Of a DNA stretch of 64,000 bases, positions 14,538 to 27,400 are shown one piece after another. Each line of letters begins with the position of its first letter. Positions within the stretch are counted from its first letter, which is position 1. Location of the stretch: contig CM052850.1 of assembly GCA_028534125.1 (NCBI GenBank), forward strand, positions 22,878,001 to 22,942,000. The letters run 5' to 3'. A program made the position numbers and the translations under genes. The stretch is from Lama glama (lineage: Eukaryota). The notes below the pieces were generated by a model. The model worked only from the letters and a program-made list of their open reading frames with translations, had not been told where the DNA came from and did no database searches.

Positions 14538-14543
14538 ATTAAA
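14538..14543 (+). terminator. Probable PEX11B poly(A) signal (ATTAAA)
   Basis: ATTAAA preceded by a cluster of TGTA motifs and followed by GU-rich sequence. Confidence 0.55.
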
Positions 14544-15407
14544 GATCAATTCACTCACTGAAGTTTGGTCTGGTCCCATGTGTTCTGGTCCTCTGAGGCT
14601 CCTATTTCTGTCACTGTGGTTTGGGTTTTCCATGGGATTAGCCACTGGCATCATTGTCCGCAGACTTTTATTGAGCACCTACAGTGTGCAGGGCATAATA
14701 CTAAATGGTAGAGACACAAAAAGCTGACAGGCACCATGGCCCCCACTTCAGAAGTTTAGAGCCCAGCTGAGGAGCTGGGGGCCTTGTGGCAAAGTAGTCA
14801 CACTGGTTCCACAAGGCGCGTCTCACACCAGGTTCCTAGTTTATAGCTCCTCCAAAAACTATGGTGTCATAGGCAGCATAGGCGAAGAGTCACAAACAAA
14901 ACCAAGTGGAGCGGGGATGGTAAGTCGTGGTTTGTGGGCCTGCTCTGTCTTCACACGTTGGGACTCCCTTGGGTAGGTGGGAAATGTATCACTGTTGTCA
15001 GCTCTTTCATCTTCCATATCCCAGGTTGAGATTAATAAGGTTAGGAAGCAAAAAGAGTCTATCTGCCGCTCCTGCCTTCTATTCCAAACTCGAGGAAAGC
15101 ATTGCCTGGAACCACAAAGATAGACTAAAAGGAAGGGAAAGAAACGACAGAAAGTCAAGAACTGTGTTCTCTTTGGATGCTAAGACGACGCCTCCAGGGG
15201 GCAGCACCAAGGCAGAGAAATACACTAAAATCGGTCAGTCCTCCTTTCCTTGGTCTGGGGCTCCCCACCATTACTCCTCCCATTCCTCCCAACTTTATTT
15301 TTAGCTGCCAGTGGGAGGGGGCAGGATGGGAGGGAAAGTAAAGAAAACAGAGAAGGAGAGGGACAGAGGCACAGAGGACTTCTCACACGGACAGGGAACG
15401 ACCAGGC

Positions 15408-18400
15408 ATGGAGCTCCCCCTCATCCCTCACCTGTCCTTGCCCTTGGTGCTCCTGACAGGTGAGGGAGGTTAAGTTCTTGGTTTCTGGTGAGAATGGAAG
15501 AGGTAGAGATTGTTTAGCATTGGGACCTTTATGGTTAAAATTCTTTGGGAGTTAGGTTGAGGGGTTAACTGATTTCTACATTCCTCGTCTGTGTGTGCGC
15601 GTGTGTGCGTGTGTGTGCGCGCGTGCACACACGTTTGCATTCTTATGCCCACACAGATGACTGCCTGGCAGGGGCTGAAGCTGTCCAGTGCCTTGTGTAA
15701 TATTTGTGTGCAATTATCTAAAACTTTCTCCTAAGCCCTGGGGGAGTGAAGGGACCAAAAGGAAACATGATCTGACCTTCCTCGTGGCTAGTCTGATTAC
15801 TATTACCCGCCTCCCTATTTCTGCCTATTCTTGGTGGTCTTTGGGGTCTAGGCATAACTGATTGACTATGGTCAGAGCTCTGGGTTTACCTAACCAATGA
15901 GATACAGTTCCTGCTCATACAGTCCTGCCAGTTTCCTAGATGTGAAAAGGCTCACATACACCTTTCTGAAACTGAGCATGCTTTAAGACAGAACTGTGAC
16001 CATTGGTGTAAGTGGTGGTAGGGTGGCCTGAGAGGGGGTTGCTTGAAAGGAAGGAACAAGACACAGTTAGGGAAAGAACCATGGAGGGACAAGAGGCCTG
16101 GAATTTTTCCTCATCAGTGCCCTGTAATCTTCGTTTCCTAAAATACCAGCTCTGCTTTTAAAGGGGTAGGGGTTGGGAGGGAAGAATCGGCCAGTACAGA
16201 TGGAGGGGTTGTCTTAGTGTGGGCTGAGAGTTAAGGAAGAAATGCAGGTAGGTAGGGGCAGCTGGCTGGGGGATGAGTTAGAAAGGAAGCGGGTTGTGAG
16301 AAATTGGGGGTGATGCGACACTTGGAAAGGGTGGATGGCAAACCATGTGTGTGGGCAGGCAAGTGGCTCCACCCAGTTAATTACTGCTGAGGTTTTCAGG
16401 GCTGGAATCAACCAGAGACCTAGACATTGGAGAAAGAAGTGAGGATGTAACGATGCTTGTAGTCAAGAAGAGAGAGGAAGGAAAGGAGAGACCTGGATTG
16501 CAGTGTTCCTTAACCTCTTGTCTCCCTGTGGTCCTGGGTTTGGGGAGACTTTGGTAGGAACAGTTGTTCTGGGGCTGCAGAAAGGCCTCCCTCTTTTGAC
16601 CTTCATAGCTTGGAGAGGAGGATGTGTAGGAGGAATGATGTAGAAAAGAGGAACTTGACCCTTTCAGACATGTCTGTAAATGAGATTTCGGGGGTGGGAA
16701 TGGAAATACAGCCGTGCAACAGCATGGCAGAGGGCCACACGTTAGACGTCTGACCCAAACACAGGAAAGAGCTCATCCTTGCTTGGAGCTCTGGGTGCGT
16801 GACATTGACAGAGGCCAGGAGAGCTTATGAGTAAGAAGAAGGGAGAGAGACTGAGATCAAAACATGCCCTTTACGGCATCTCTCTTGTTGCACCTCTGGG
16901 CATTCATTAGCCTCACCAACTGAATCCTGCTAACTTTATGATCCTGGCCCCCAGGTTTCTGCTGCCCCTTTAACCTGGATGTGCATCGCCCACGCCTATT
17001 TCCAGGGCCACCTGAGGCTGAATTTGGATACAGTGTCTTGCAACATGTTGGGGGTGGACGGCGATGGTGAGGAGGAAACCAGAGAGCCATGGGACTGGGA
17101 CTGTGCTAGAGCTGTTAAAGGGGAGGTGAAGTAGATGGATATGTAAACTTGTCTGGTTCTTTGGAAGTGGCTGGAGCTCTAGACTTGCTATCCCCATGCC
17201 CTTTCCCTCTGGTCTATCTCAAGTGTCATATTCACACTATGCTTGTATTCATGTCCTCCTCCCAGGATGCTGGTAGGTGCCCCCTGGGATGGGCCTTCAG
17301 GTGACCGAAGAGGGGACGTTTATCGCTGCCCTGTAGGGGGCTCTCACAATGCCCCATGTGCCAAGGGCCACTTGGGTAAGAAGATTCCTCATGCTTCCAC
17401 TCCTAAACTCTAACCTTGATGAGTAGCTTTGACCCCTTACACCTCACCACTTCACCTCCATATCCCACATACTCCCCGCTCATGACTCACCCTGATGTCA
17501 CCCTCTTCCCAAATCACCCTGAACTCTAGCACCCCATCTGTGACCCCCATGATCTCTTCCACTCCCCTCCAGGTGACTACCCACTAGGAAATTCATCTCG
17601 TCCTGCTGTGAATATGCACCTGGGGATGTCGCTACTAGAGACAGATGGTGACGGGGGATTCATGGTAAGCTAAGGAAAGGGTGGTGGCAGGGTTTCTGAA
17701 AGTTCGTGGCAGAGAAGAGGGTGGCATGATAAGGGAAACTGGTCTATGTGTAGCCGTCAAGGAGTTAAACCTAGACCGCAAGGAGGGGACTCTCGGGGAG
17801 TGGACGCAATGGCTCTTTGACGAGGAGCATGTTCTGAGGGCGCCCGCCCAAGCCTGGGAGTGACTGTCTCCCCCCCCCCATCCCCAGGCTTGTGCCCCTC
17901 TCTGGTCGCGTGCTTGCGGCTCCTCTGTCTTCAGTTCTGGGATCTGCACCCGTGTAGATGCTTCGTTTCAGCCCCAGGGAAGTCTGGCACCCACCGCGCA
18001 ACGTGAGCCAGGAGCAGGGCCTGAGGACTCGGTTCCCAGAACAGGGTGCAGGGCGGGGAAAAGATGGGGCTGCAGGGTGTGATGCTTGGCTGGGGGCCTG
18101 CATGGCTGTCCTCATTGCTACCTAATGTGCCTGCAAAAGCTCCATGTTTCCTAACAGATTAGAATTCAGGCTCTTTACGAGGGTATCAAGACTCCACGAA
18201 CTGATTTAACCAACTCCACCTGTGTCCCTCCGTACCCTGCACCTCGGCTGTAGCCTTCACCTCGCCATTCTCCTGTGTGTCATCTATCTTTATACCTCTA
18301 CCTCCCTTTGTTTAAAGTGTTCTCCACCCAGATGCCTTTCCTCATACTCCCCGCTCCTCCAGCACCTCCAGTCTTCAATGTCTTCTCAGTTGCTGCCTCC

Positions 18401-21400
18401 TTTGCTTCCCCACCAGCAGAACTGACCCTCTTTTGTTCTCCAGCAGCAGAGTGGTGCTATGTTTCTACCTAGCACTTAATTCCTTCTTCTCTGTTTTTTA
18501 GTAAATTGTACGTATGCTCATCTTCTCTTTTACCTATTTCTGTATTTACCCAGGACCTGGCACACTACCTTCCTTGCATGTAAGAGGTGCCTAATAAATG
18601 TTTGAATTGAACGTGCCTTCCTGTGACCTCTTCCCCTGTCACCCCCATGCCCAGTATCCCCTACCCCTCTGTTCCTCATCACCACGCCCCTCCTCCTAGG
18701 CTGCCCTACCTATATGGATGTCGTCATTGTCTTGGATGGCTCCAACAGCATCTATCCCTGGTCTGAAGTTCAGACCTTCCTACGAAGACTGGTAGGGAGA
18801 TTGTTTATTGACCCGGAGCAGATACAGGTAAGAGAAGGCAATACAGATGGACTTGGAGGGGGGAGAGACAGGGAGAGAGGAGGAAGATGTGGACAGTAGC
18901 TTCAGTAGTATCCAGGTGCCCATCTCCCCTCCCTCACATACCTTCTTCTGCCACCCCACCCCCCTGTGCACCCCGCACATCCCATTCCAACGTGCACGCT
19001 GCATTCTCAGGTCGGGCTGGTACAGTATGGAGAGAGCTCTGTACACGAGTGGTCCCTGGGGGATTTCCGAACCAAAGAAGAAGTGGTGAGAGCAGCAAGG
19101 AACCTGAGCCGACGAGAGGGGCGAGAAACAAAGACTGCTCAAGCAATCACGGTGGCCTGGTGAGGCACTGGGAGGGGGAGCGTGGAAGGCGAGTGGGAGG
19201 GTCTAGAAGGGTTAGAGGCGGGTTTGGAGTGCAGTGTGTATTCCCAAGGTGTCCTGCAAGCTTATCTTTGTCTGCGCCGGGACGGTGGGTGGGAGAGGCG
19301 AGGCGGGCTGCCCCTGCGCTCCTTCTCCCTGCGTTTCCACAGCGTCTGTGTCTGTGTCTGTCCACGTTTCCACTTCTGGCTCTCTGCAGACGGAATTCTC
19401 TCTGTCTGTACACCCCCATCCCACTTTGACCTTGGCCCTTAGGTTCTCCACCACTCATGTCCTAGATCGTTCTCCAAACGTGACAAAACTCATCTCCCAG
19501 AAGACTTCCCTGGCCTGGCCATTCTTCTCTATTCTACGTTCCCTTAATATTTGTCCTTTCAAATACAATATTTGCCGATTGAATCTATGAATGTGTGATT
19601 TTAATCTTCTTTGGATTGATGATACGCTGCTCCACATGTTCTATGATGTTCAGACATTTGAGCTCGCACTCCGTGCCTTTCTCTGCGCTAGACAGTTGGG
19701 GAGATGGGCTACAGGCAAGAGGCCTGACCTCGGTGGACGGCTGGCAGTGTTAAGTACTGTGTGGGCGTGTATCTGTCTGCATACATCTCATTGCACCTCA
19801 GTCCTCTCTCTTCTTAGCACAGAAGGATTCAGTCAGTCCCGTGGGGGCCGACCAGAGGCTGCCAGGCTACTGGTGGTTGTCACTGATGGAGAATCACATG
19901 ATGGAGAGGAGCTCCCCGCAGCACTGAAGGCCTGTGAGGCTGGAAGAGTGACACGCTACGGGATAGCTGTGAGAATCAGCTCCGGATCTGAAAGGACGGC
20001 AGCGGGTGGGGGTAGCGACACTGAGGACTGGGAGCCTGAGGAACACGGGCATTAGCCACTTCCCAGACATCAGCCGTGTTTCCCTTTCTTCTCTTCAGTT
20101 GGCTGGGACCTGTACCAGCTCTGACACTCACTCCTCACAGCCAACAGACCCCATGTTGATCTCTGACCCCAGGTCCTTGGTCACTACCTCCGGCGGCAGC
20201 GAGACCCCAGCGCTTTCCTGCGAGAAATCAGAGCTATTGCCAGTGATCCAGACGAGAGGTTCTTCTTCAACGTCACAGACGAAGCTGCGCTGACTGATAT
20301 CGTGGATGCATTAGGGGACCGAATTTTTGGCCTTGAGGGTAATGGTTACCTTGGAGAGGTGGAGGACAGGGTAGGAGAAGCGCTGGGATAAAGGTGGGGT
20401 TCTCGAAGGAGTTTGGTAGGTCAGGGAGGGAATTGTCTTCTCTTGTATTGCCTCTGTATTTTCTCACGCTCAGGGTCCCATGGAGAAAATGAAAGCTCCT
20501 TTGGGCTGGAAATGTCTCAGATTGGTTTCTCTACTCATCGGCTAAAGGTTGGACAGACTCTGGCCTCTCCACGACCCCTCTCAACATCTGACCCCTTCCA
20601 ACCTCTAATTCAGACAACTTCAACCCCAGGGTTCTTCTAGCTTCCTCCCTTAACCAGTGTCCACGCTGACCTTCCCGTGCTTTTCTAACTGACCAAAGCA
20701 TGCCCTCAGTGACCCTCTCACTCCCGGAAAGTGTGTTTCTTCTCATTCTCTACTGTCTTTTCAGCAAACCCATCTGTTCTGCCCTACAGGATGGGATTCT
20801 CTTTGGGATGGTAGGGGCTTATGACTGGGGGGGCTCAGTGTTATGGCTTGAAGAAGGTCACTGCCTCTTCCCGCCACGGACAGCCCTAGAAGATGAGTTC
20901 CCCCCTGCATTACAGAACCATGCAGCCTACCTGGGTGAGTAGCAGAGAACTGCAAAGGACTAGAGGGTGGAGGGGAGGGAGAAAAATGCTGCCTCGGTGC
21001 TGGGTGTAAGGTTCTCACTTTTAACTTGTGCAGGTCCTCGCTGACCTGCTACTTTCCTTGGGACCCCTTGTATACCTTTAGGGAGCCCTCCTACTCTGGC
21101 CCCGTCTTCTTTTCCTTTCACCCTGATTCCTTGTCCGCTTCCAGGTTACTCTGTTTCCTCCATGCTTTTGCGGGGTGGACGCCGCCTCTTTCTCTCAGGG
21201 GCTCCTCGGTTTAGACATCGAGGAAAGGTCATCGCCTTCCAGCTTAAGAAAGATGGGGCTGTGAGGGTCGCCCAGAGCCTCCAGGGGGAGCAGGTAGGGC
21301 ATCCAAGGGAGGGTGGGACCCTCGGATCCTAAGGGATCTCCAGGCTGGGGGTGGGGGGCGGGAAGTGAAGGGGCCTGAAAAGTCTGCATTGAATTCTAGT

Positions 21401-24400
21401 TGGCAGAGTCTGTCAAGGGGTTGAGGCCCAGGTTGGAAGGTGCTTCCCATTGTTATAATCTTCCCTTCTCCTTCCTCTGGGGTCACGACTACCCACCACT
21501 CCCCAGATTGGCTCGTACTTTGGCAGTGAGCTCTGCCCATTGGATACGGATGGAGATGGAACAACTGATGTCTTACTTGTGGCCGCCCCCATGTTCCTGG
21601 GGCCCCAGAACAAGGAGACGGGACGCGTCTATGTGTATCTGGTGGGCCAGGTGAGACTTGCTGGACCTCCTAGAACTTGTTTGTCGGGGGGAGGGGGAGG
21701 GAAGAAGGGAAGGCGCGCGCATCTGAGGGCTGGCTGAGAGGCTGGGACTGTCAAATCAGCATCGTCCGTCTTCTCACCTCCACCAGCAGTCCTTGCTGAC
21801 ACTCCAGGGAACACTTCAGCCAGAACCCCCCCAGGATGCTCGGTTTGGCTTTGCCATGGGTGCCCTTCCTGATCTGAACCAGGATGGTTTTGCTGATGTG
21901 GCTGTGGGGGCGCCCCTGGAGGATGGGCACCGTGGAGCACTGTACATATACCATGGGAGCCGGAGTGGAGTTAGGCCCCGTCCTGCCCAGGTCAGGAGTG
22001 CCCAGATAAAGCTGGGGTGTGGTGGGAGGATGGGTGGGGGAGGGAGGTGCACTCTTTGCTGATCATTGCTCCCCTGGGCTTGAAACCCAAACTGAACCAG
22101 TGCTTTTTTTATCAGTAGTCGAAAAGGTAAGTGGTAGGGTAGGAAACGTGTTGCTGTACCAGGGGCTCTTGAACGCAGGGAAGTTCCTCCTATTCCGCCT
22201 CATGCCTGGGGGGAGAGTTAGAAAGAGCCAGGTGGGAGACCTGGGGAACCCGGTGTGTGAGCCCCTGCTCAGTCCCTCCTCTCTCCCTCTCAGCGGGTTG
22301 CTGCTGTCTCCATGCCACAGGCCCTCAGCTACTTTGGCCGGAGTGTGGATGGCCGGCTAGATCTGGATGGAGATGACCTGGTAGATGTGGCTGTGGGTGC
22401 CCAAGGGGCAGCCGTCCTGCTCAGGTGAGCGGTCCCAGCTCGGGTAGCAGTGGATGGCATCGCACAGCTGTTAAAAGCAAGGGCTTTGGGGTCACAAACT
22501 TGGATTTGGATTTCTTGATCAGCTTACTCTGTGCCTCCATTTCCTAGTTTATAAAATGAGAATAATAATAGTACCTGCCTTGTAGGCTTGTTGTGAGGAT
22601 TAAATACAATAATCCATGTAAAGACCATAAGACTGGGCCTAGCACGTGCAAAGTGCTTGCTAAATGTTGGCTGTTATCTTACTTCTGTCAGAAGGTTCCA
22701 GGGTGGAGACACATGTGTCACCTGTCACCTAGCCCCGTATTCTTTCCTTTGACCTCAGGGAGGGAATCACTGGAGACTGCCTTTCTCAAAGGGCTTTCCT
22801 TCCACTGGTAGAATTTCTTTCCCTCCCTGTTCCCAGCTCCCGGCCCATTGTCCACCTGGCCCCTTCACTGGAAGTGACCCCGCCAGCCATCAGTGTGGTT
22901 CAGAGGGACTGCAGGCGGCGAGGCCAGGAGGCAGCCTGCCTATCCGCAGCCCTTTGCTTCCAAGTGACCTCCCGCACTCCTGGCCACTGGGATCGCCGAT
23001 TCTGTGAGTGACTAGATTGCATCCCAGGCAACTCTGAACCCCAGCCTGCCATGGTCTCTGGACCTTTCTCCACCTCCACTCTTGCCTGCCTCATTCAGAT
23101 GTGCGGTTCACAGCATCACTGGATGAGTGGACAGCTGGAGCCCGTGCAGCGTTTGACAGCTCTGGCCAGAGACTGTCCTCTTGGCGGCTCCGGCTCAGTG
23201 TGGGCAATGTCACTTGTGAGCAGCTTCACTTCCACGTGCAGGTGAGGAGTGGGCAGGAACTGCTTTGCATCAGGGCCTGGGGGTGAGAGGAAGGCTGGAT
23301 CAGAGGGGAAGTTTCTGCTGGACTGGCAAGAAAGCCAAAGCCAGGAAAGTGAGAAAGTCCAAACCTGGGAGTCAGGCTAGTCCGGGTTTGAAGCCCAGCT
23401 CTGCCATTTACTACCTGTGAATTCCGGCAAGCCACATAACCTGCAAGCCTTAGTTTCCCTGCTGGAAAGGGGGGATAGTGATGATGACTGTGTCACAGGA
23501 GGTGTCTTAGAATTAAATGTCATAGTCTTTTGGGGGGAGGTAATTAGTGTTATTTATTTATTTGTTTATTTATTTATTTAAGTGGAATTACTGAGGATTG
23601 AACCCAAGACCTCATGCATGCTAAGTGTGCACTCTACTACGGAGCTATACCCTCCCCGCAAATGTAATAGTCTTCTTAAAACCTGAGGACAGTGCCAAGC
23701 ACACAGAAAATGCTCAGTAAATGATCCCCCTCATGATCGCATTCCGCCGGGGGCCTGGGTTGTATCCCTAACCGCGGCTTCGCATGATCCTTGACTCTGG
23801 TTTCTCTCAGGACACATCAGATTACCTCCGGCCAGTCGTCTTGACTGTGACCTTTGCTTTGGACAACACCACAAAGCCAGGACCTGTGCTGGAAGAGGGC
23901 TCGCCCACCTTCATACGAAAGCTGGTCAGCAGTGCCAAGCCCTGCCCTGCCCCTGGGTCCCAACGCTGCCCTTCTCAGTGCATTCAAGCATAAAGGGGGA
24001 GGAGACATGGGACGACAGCAGAAGCTGACCTGGGCACCCCCCTCTTGTCTTTCCACTTCTCCTCCAGTCCCGTTCCTTCTCCTTGTCTTCCTCTCAGCCC
24101 TCAGCCCTTCTCTCCCCTCTAGGTCCCCTTCTCAAAGGACTGCGGCCCCGACAATGAATGTGTCACAGATCTGGCACTTCGAGCCAGTATGAACATCAGA
24201 GGCTCCAGGTGGGATGGGCATGACCTGGCCAAACCAGGGTGACCTGAGACAGACCAGAGGGGCCCTGAAGCGAGACGGAGGGTTGATTCTCACCCAGGAA
24301 AAGAGAAGTGAGGCTTCTGGCACCCCTCAAGTCTGGGCCCTCCTTTACCCGCCCCTCCTAGGAAGGAGCCCTTTGTGGTTCGGGGTGGTCGGCGGAAGGT

Positions 24401-27400
24401 GCTCGTGTCAGCAGCTCTGGAGAACAGGGAGGAAAACGCCTACAACACGAGCCTGAGCCTCAGCTTTTCTAGAAACCTCCATCTGTCCAGCTTCACTCCT
24501 CAGGTGCCCTTGCGGGAGGGAGCTGGGGAGGAGTCGGGGAAGGAGGAGGAAGAAGACTAGGGTGTTGGCTGTGAGGGGCTCTGGGGAAGGGCTGCATTTA
24601 GAAGCTGCAGGCAGGAGAGCAGTGGCAGCCCCAGCTCCAGCCTCCACCCTCGGTGCTCTGCTCTCAGAGGGACAGCGCAGTAAAGGTGGAATGTGCAGCC
24701 CCTTCCCCTCACGCCCGACTCTGCAGCGTGGGGCATCCTGTCTTCCGGTCTGGAGGCAAGGTGAGCTGGGGCCCGGGATGAGAAAGGGGCTCTGACAGGG
24801 GAAGCAAATTTATGGTTACCAGGGGAAAAGGGAGGTGGAAGGGATAAATTAGGAGTTGGAGATATGCAGATGCTAACTACTATGTATAAAATAGATAAGT
24901 GACAAGTTTCTACTGTATAGCCCAGGGGACTATTTCAAGAAGAAAGAAAGAAAGAAAGAGAGGGAGGAAGGAAGGAAGGGAGGGAGGGAGGAAGGAAGGG
25001 AAGGAAGGAAGGAAGGAAGGAAGGAAGGGCTCTGAGAGAGCAGGGGCTGGAATCTGTGGGGCCTGGCAGTTTAGGGGAAGAGGCACACAATGACTCCTTT
25101 TCCTCTGCAGCTGCCCCATGAAAAGAAACCTCCTGTGACCCCATGTCCCTTGCCCTCAGGTGACTTTTCTTCTAGAGTTTGAGTTTAGCTGCTCCTTCCT
25201 CCTGAGCCAGGTCCTTGTGAGGCTAACTGCTGCCAGGTGAGGACAAGGAGAATTTCTCCCCGGCCCTCTCCTGCTGGGTCTTGGCAGTGGGGAGGTAGGG
25301 GGTGGGGGGTGGAAACAGCACTGGCTCCTCTACTCCAGAGAGGGGTGCCTGAGACAGGGCTGGGACGTGAGCCTCTCCCCCTGACCCTACAGCAACAGCC
25401 TGGAGAGAAACGGAACCCTTCAAGACAACACAGTCCAGACCTCAGCCTACATCCAATATGAGCCTCACCTCCTATTCGCTAGGTACAGCCTAGCTTCCCG
25501 CTGGGACTCCATCCTGACCTCAGATTCATACTCCGTTTCCTCCCTTTCCCTCCATGTGCTTCAGCGTTCCTGAACACCAAACCCCTGGGGCTCCTCCATC
25601 TTTTTGCCCTCAGTCCCACTCATGCTGAAATTTCTCTTTTAAACATCTTACTTCCCTGGGCATGGGTATATCTACACCTCCTAGGCGTAGGGCTTTGCTG
25701 GGCCCTAGGGATAGGAGCTCGGGTGAGGGAAAATGGGATGTGGTCATGAAGTATATGTCAAGTCTATGTCATGTCCTGTTTCTGTCTTCTCTATGTACCC
25801 CCATCTCTGTATCCATGTGCTGGCCTTGCCTCCCCTGAATCCATGTCTGTGTGCTGATCATGTGCCCCTGCGTCTGTGTCATGGCTGTGACCATGTACTT
25901 CCTGACTTGGTGTCCATGCAGTGAGTCCACTCTGCACCGCTATGAGGTTCACCCATATGGGACCCTCCCAGTGGGCCCTGGCCCCGAATTCAAAACCACT
26001 CTTAGGGTGAGAAGCTGGAGGGGCCTTGGCATGAGCAGGGGGAGGGGGAGAGTCCTGGGGAAGTGATGGAAGCGTTTCTTGTAGATTTCAGTGGTATCCA
26101 GGGTAAAGGGAACAGATGAGAAGGGTCCTTCTCTATCTCCCACCTCTTCTCATTTCCAATCCTCCTTTTAGGTTCAGAACCTTGGCTGCTATGTGGTCAG
26201 TGGCCTCATCATCTCAGCCCTCCTTCCAGCTGTGGCCCATGGGGGCCATTACTTCCTGTCCCTGTCTCAAGTCATCACTAACAACGTGAGTCTGGGCCAG
26301 GGGTGTATGGAACCCTGCCACCTCGATCTGGTAGACTCACCCAGCTCCCTGTCTGCTGGGTCATTGCTCTCAGGGCTCCTCCTTCCCCAGGAGACCTTTC
26401 TTTTACGCACGTAGCTGCTTTGAGAAGATAGAACGGGATGACCCAGGGAAGAACTACAGGAGTGTGGGTGGTATGCTCCTGCTCAGCCTGGAGTGGCTGG
26501 CCCTCACCATCTGAGGGCTGAGGGCCCCTCAAGTTGGATCTTCCTCTAGGCAAGCTGCACAGTGCAGAACCTGACTGAGCCCCCAGGCGCCCCCGTGCAT
26601 CCAGAGGAGCTTCAGGACACAAGCAGGCTGGTGCGAGTCACAGAGGGTGAAGAGGGCTTCCAGCATGGGAATGCAGGGGGGAGCTGTGGGGCGGAGGGGG
26701 GTCTCTCTACTCCAAGGTCCTGATCTGTCTCTCTCTTCTGGTAGAACGGGAGCAATGCTCGGTGTCAGGTCGTGAGGTGCCACCTTGGGCGACTGGCAAA
26801 GGGGACTGAGGTGTCTGTCGGGCTACTGAGGCTGGTTCACAATGAATTTTTCCGGAGGGTAAACTCTTCCTTTCTTACTGCTCTCCCCTTCTGCTCCTAT
26901 CTGGGACTTTAGCACAGGCTTTTCGGGTAGACCGACTCTGTTCAAGTTCTAGCTTTGTCTCCTTCTATCACAGTTATTTAATTTTTTTAAGCTTCTTTCT
27001 CCTTATCTCTAAGATAATACCTACTTCATGGGGTTTTTGTAAAGAATAAGTTAGTAGGGAGGGGATGGGTATAGCTCAGTGGTAGAGGGCTTGCTTTGCA
27101 TGTGCGAGGTCCTGGGTTCAACCCCAGCACCTCTATTAACCAACCAACCAAACAAACAAACCTAATGACACCCCCCCCCAAAAAAAGAATTTAAAGAAGA
27201 GTGAAAAAATGATGAACAATGAGATGGACTCACTAGAAGCTAGTTACTGTCCTCGTGTTTCTATTTCCCTCCGTTTATCATCTCTTAGTGCTGTATCAAT
27301 AATCAGTCAACATTTACAGGACACCTAAATTCAATCGACCCATCAAGTACCCACTGTATAAAAGGCCCTGACTTAGGTAGACACTGAGGAGAATATGGCC

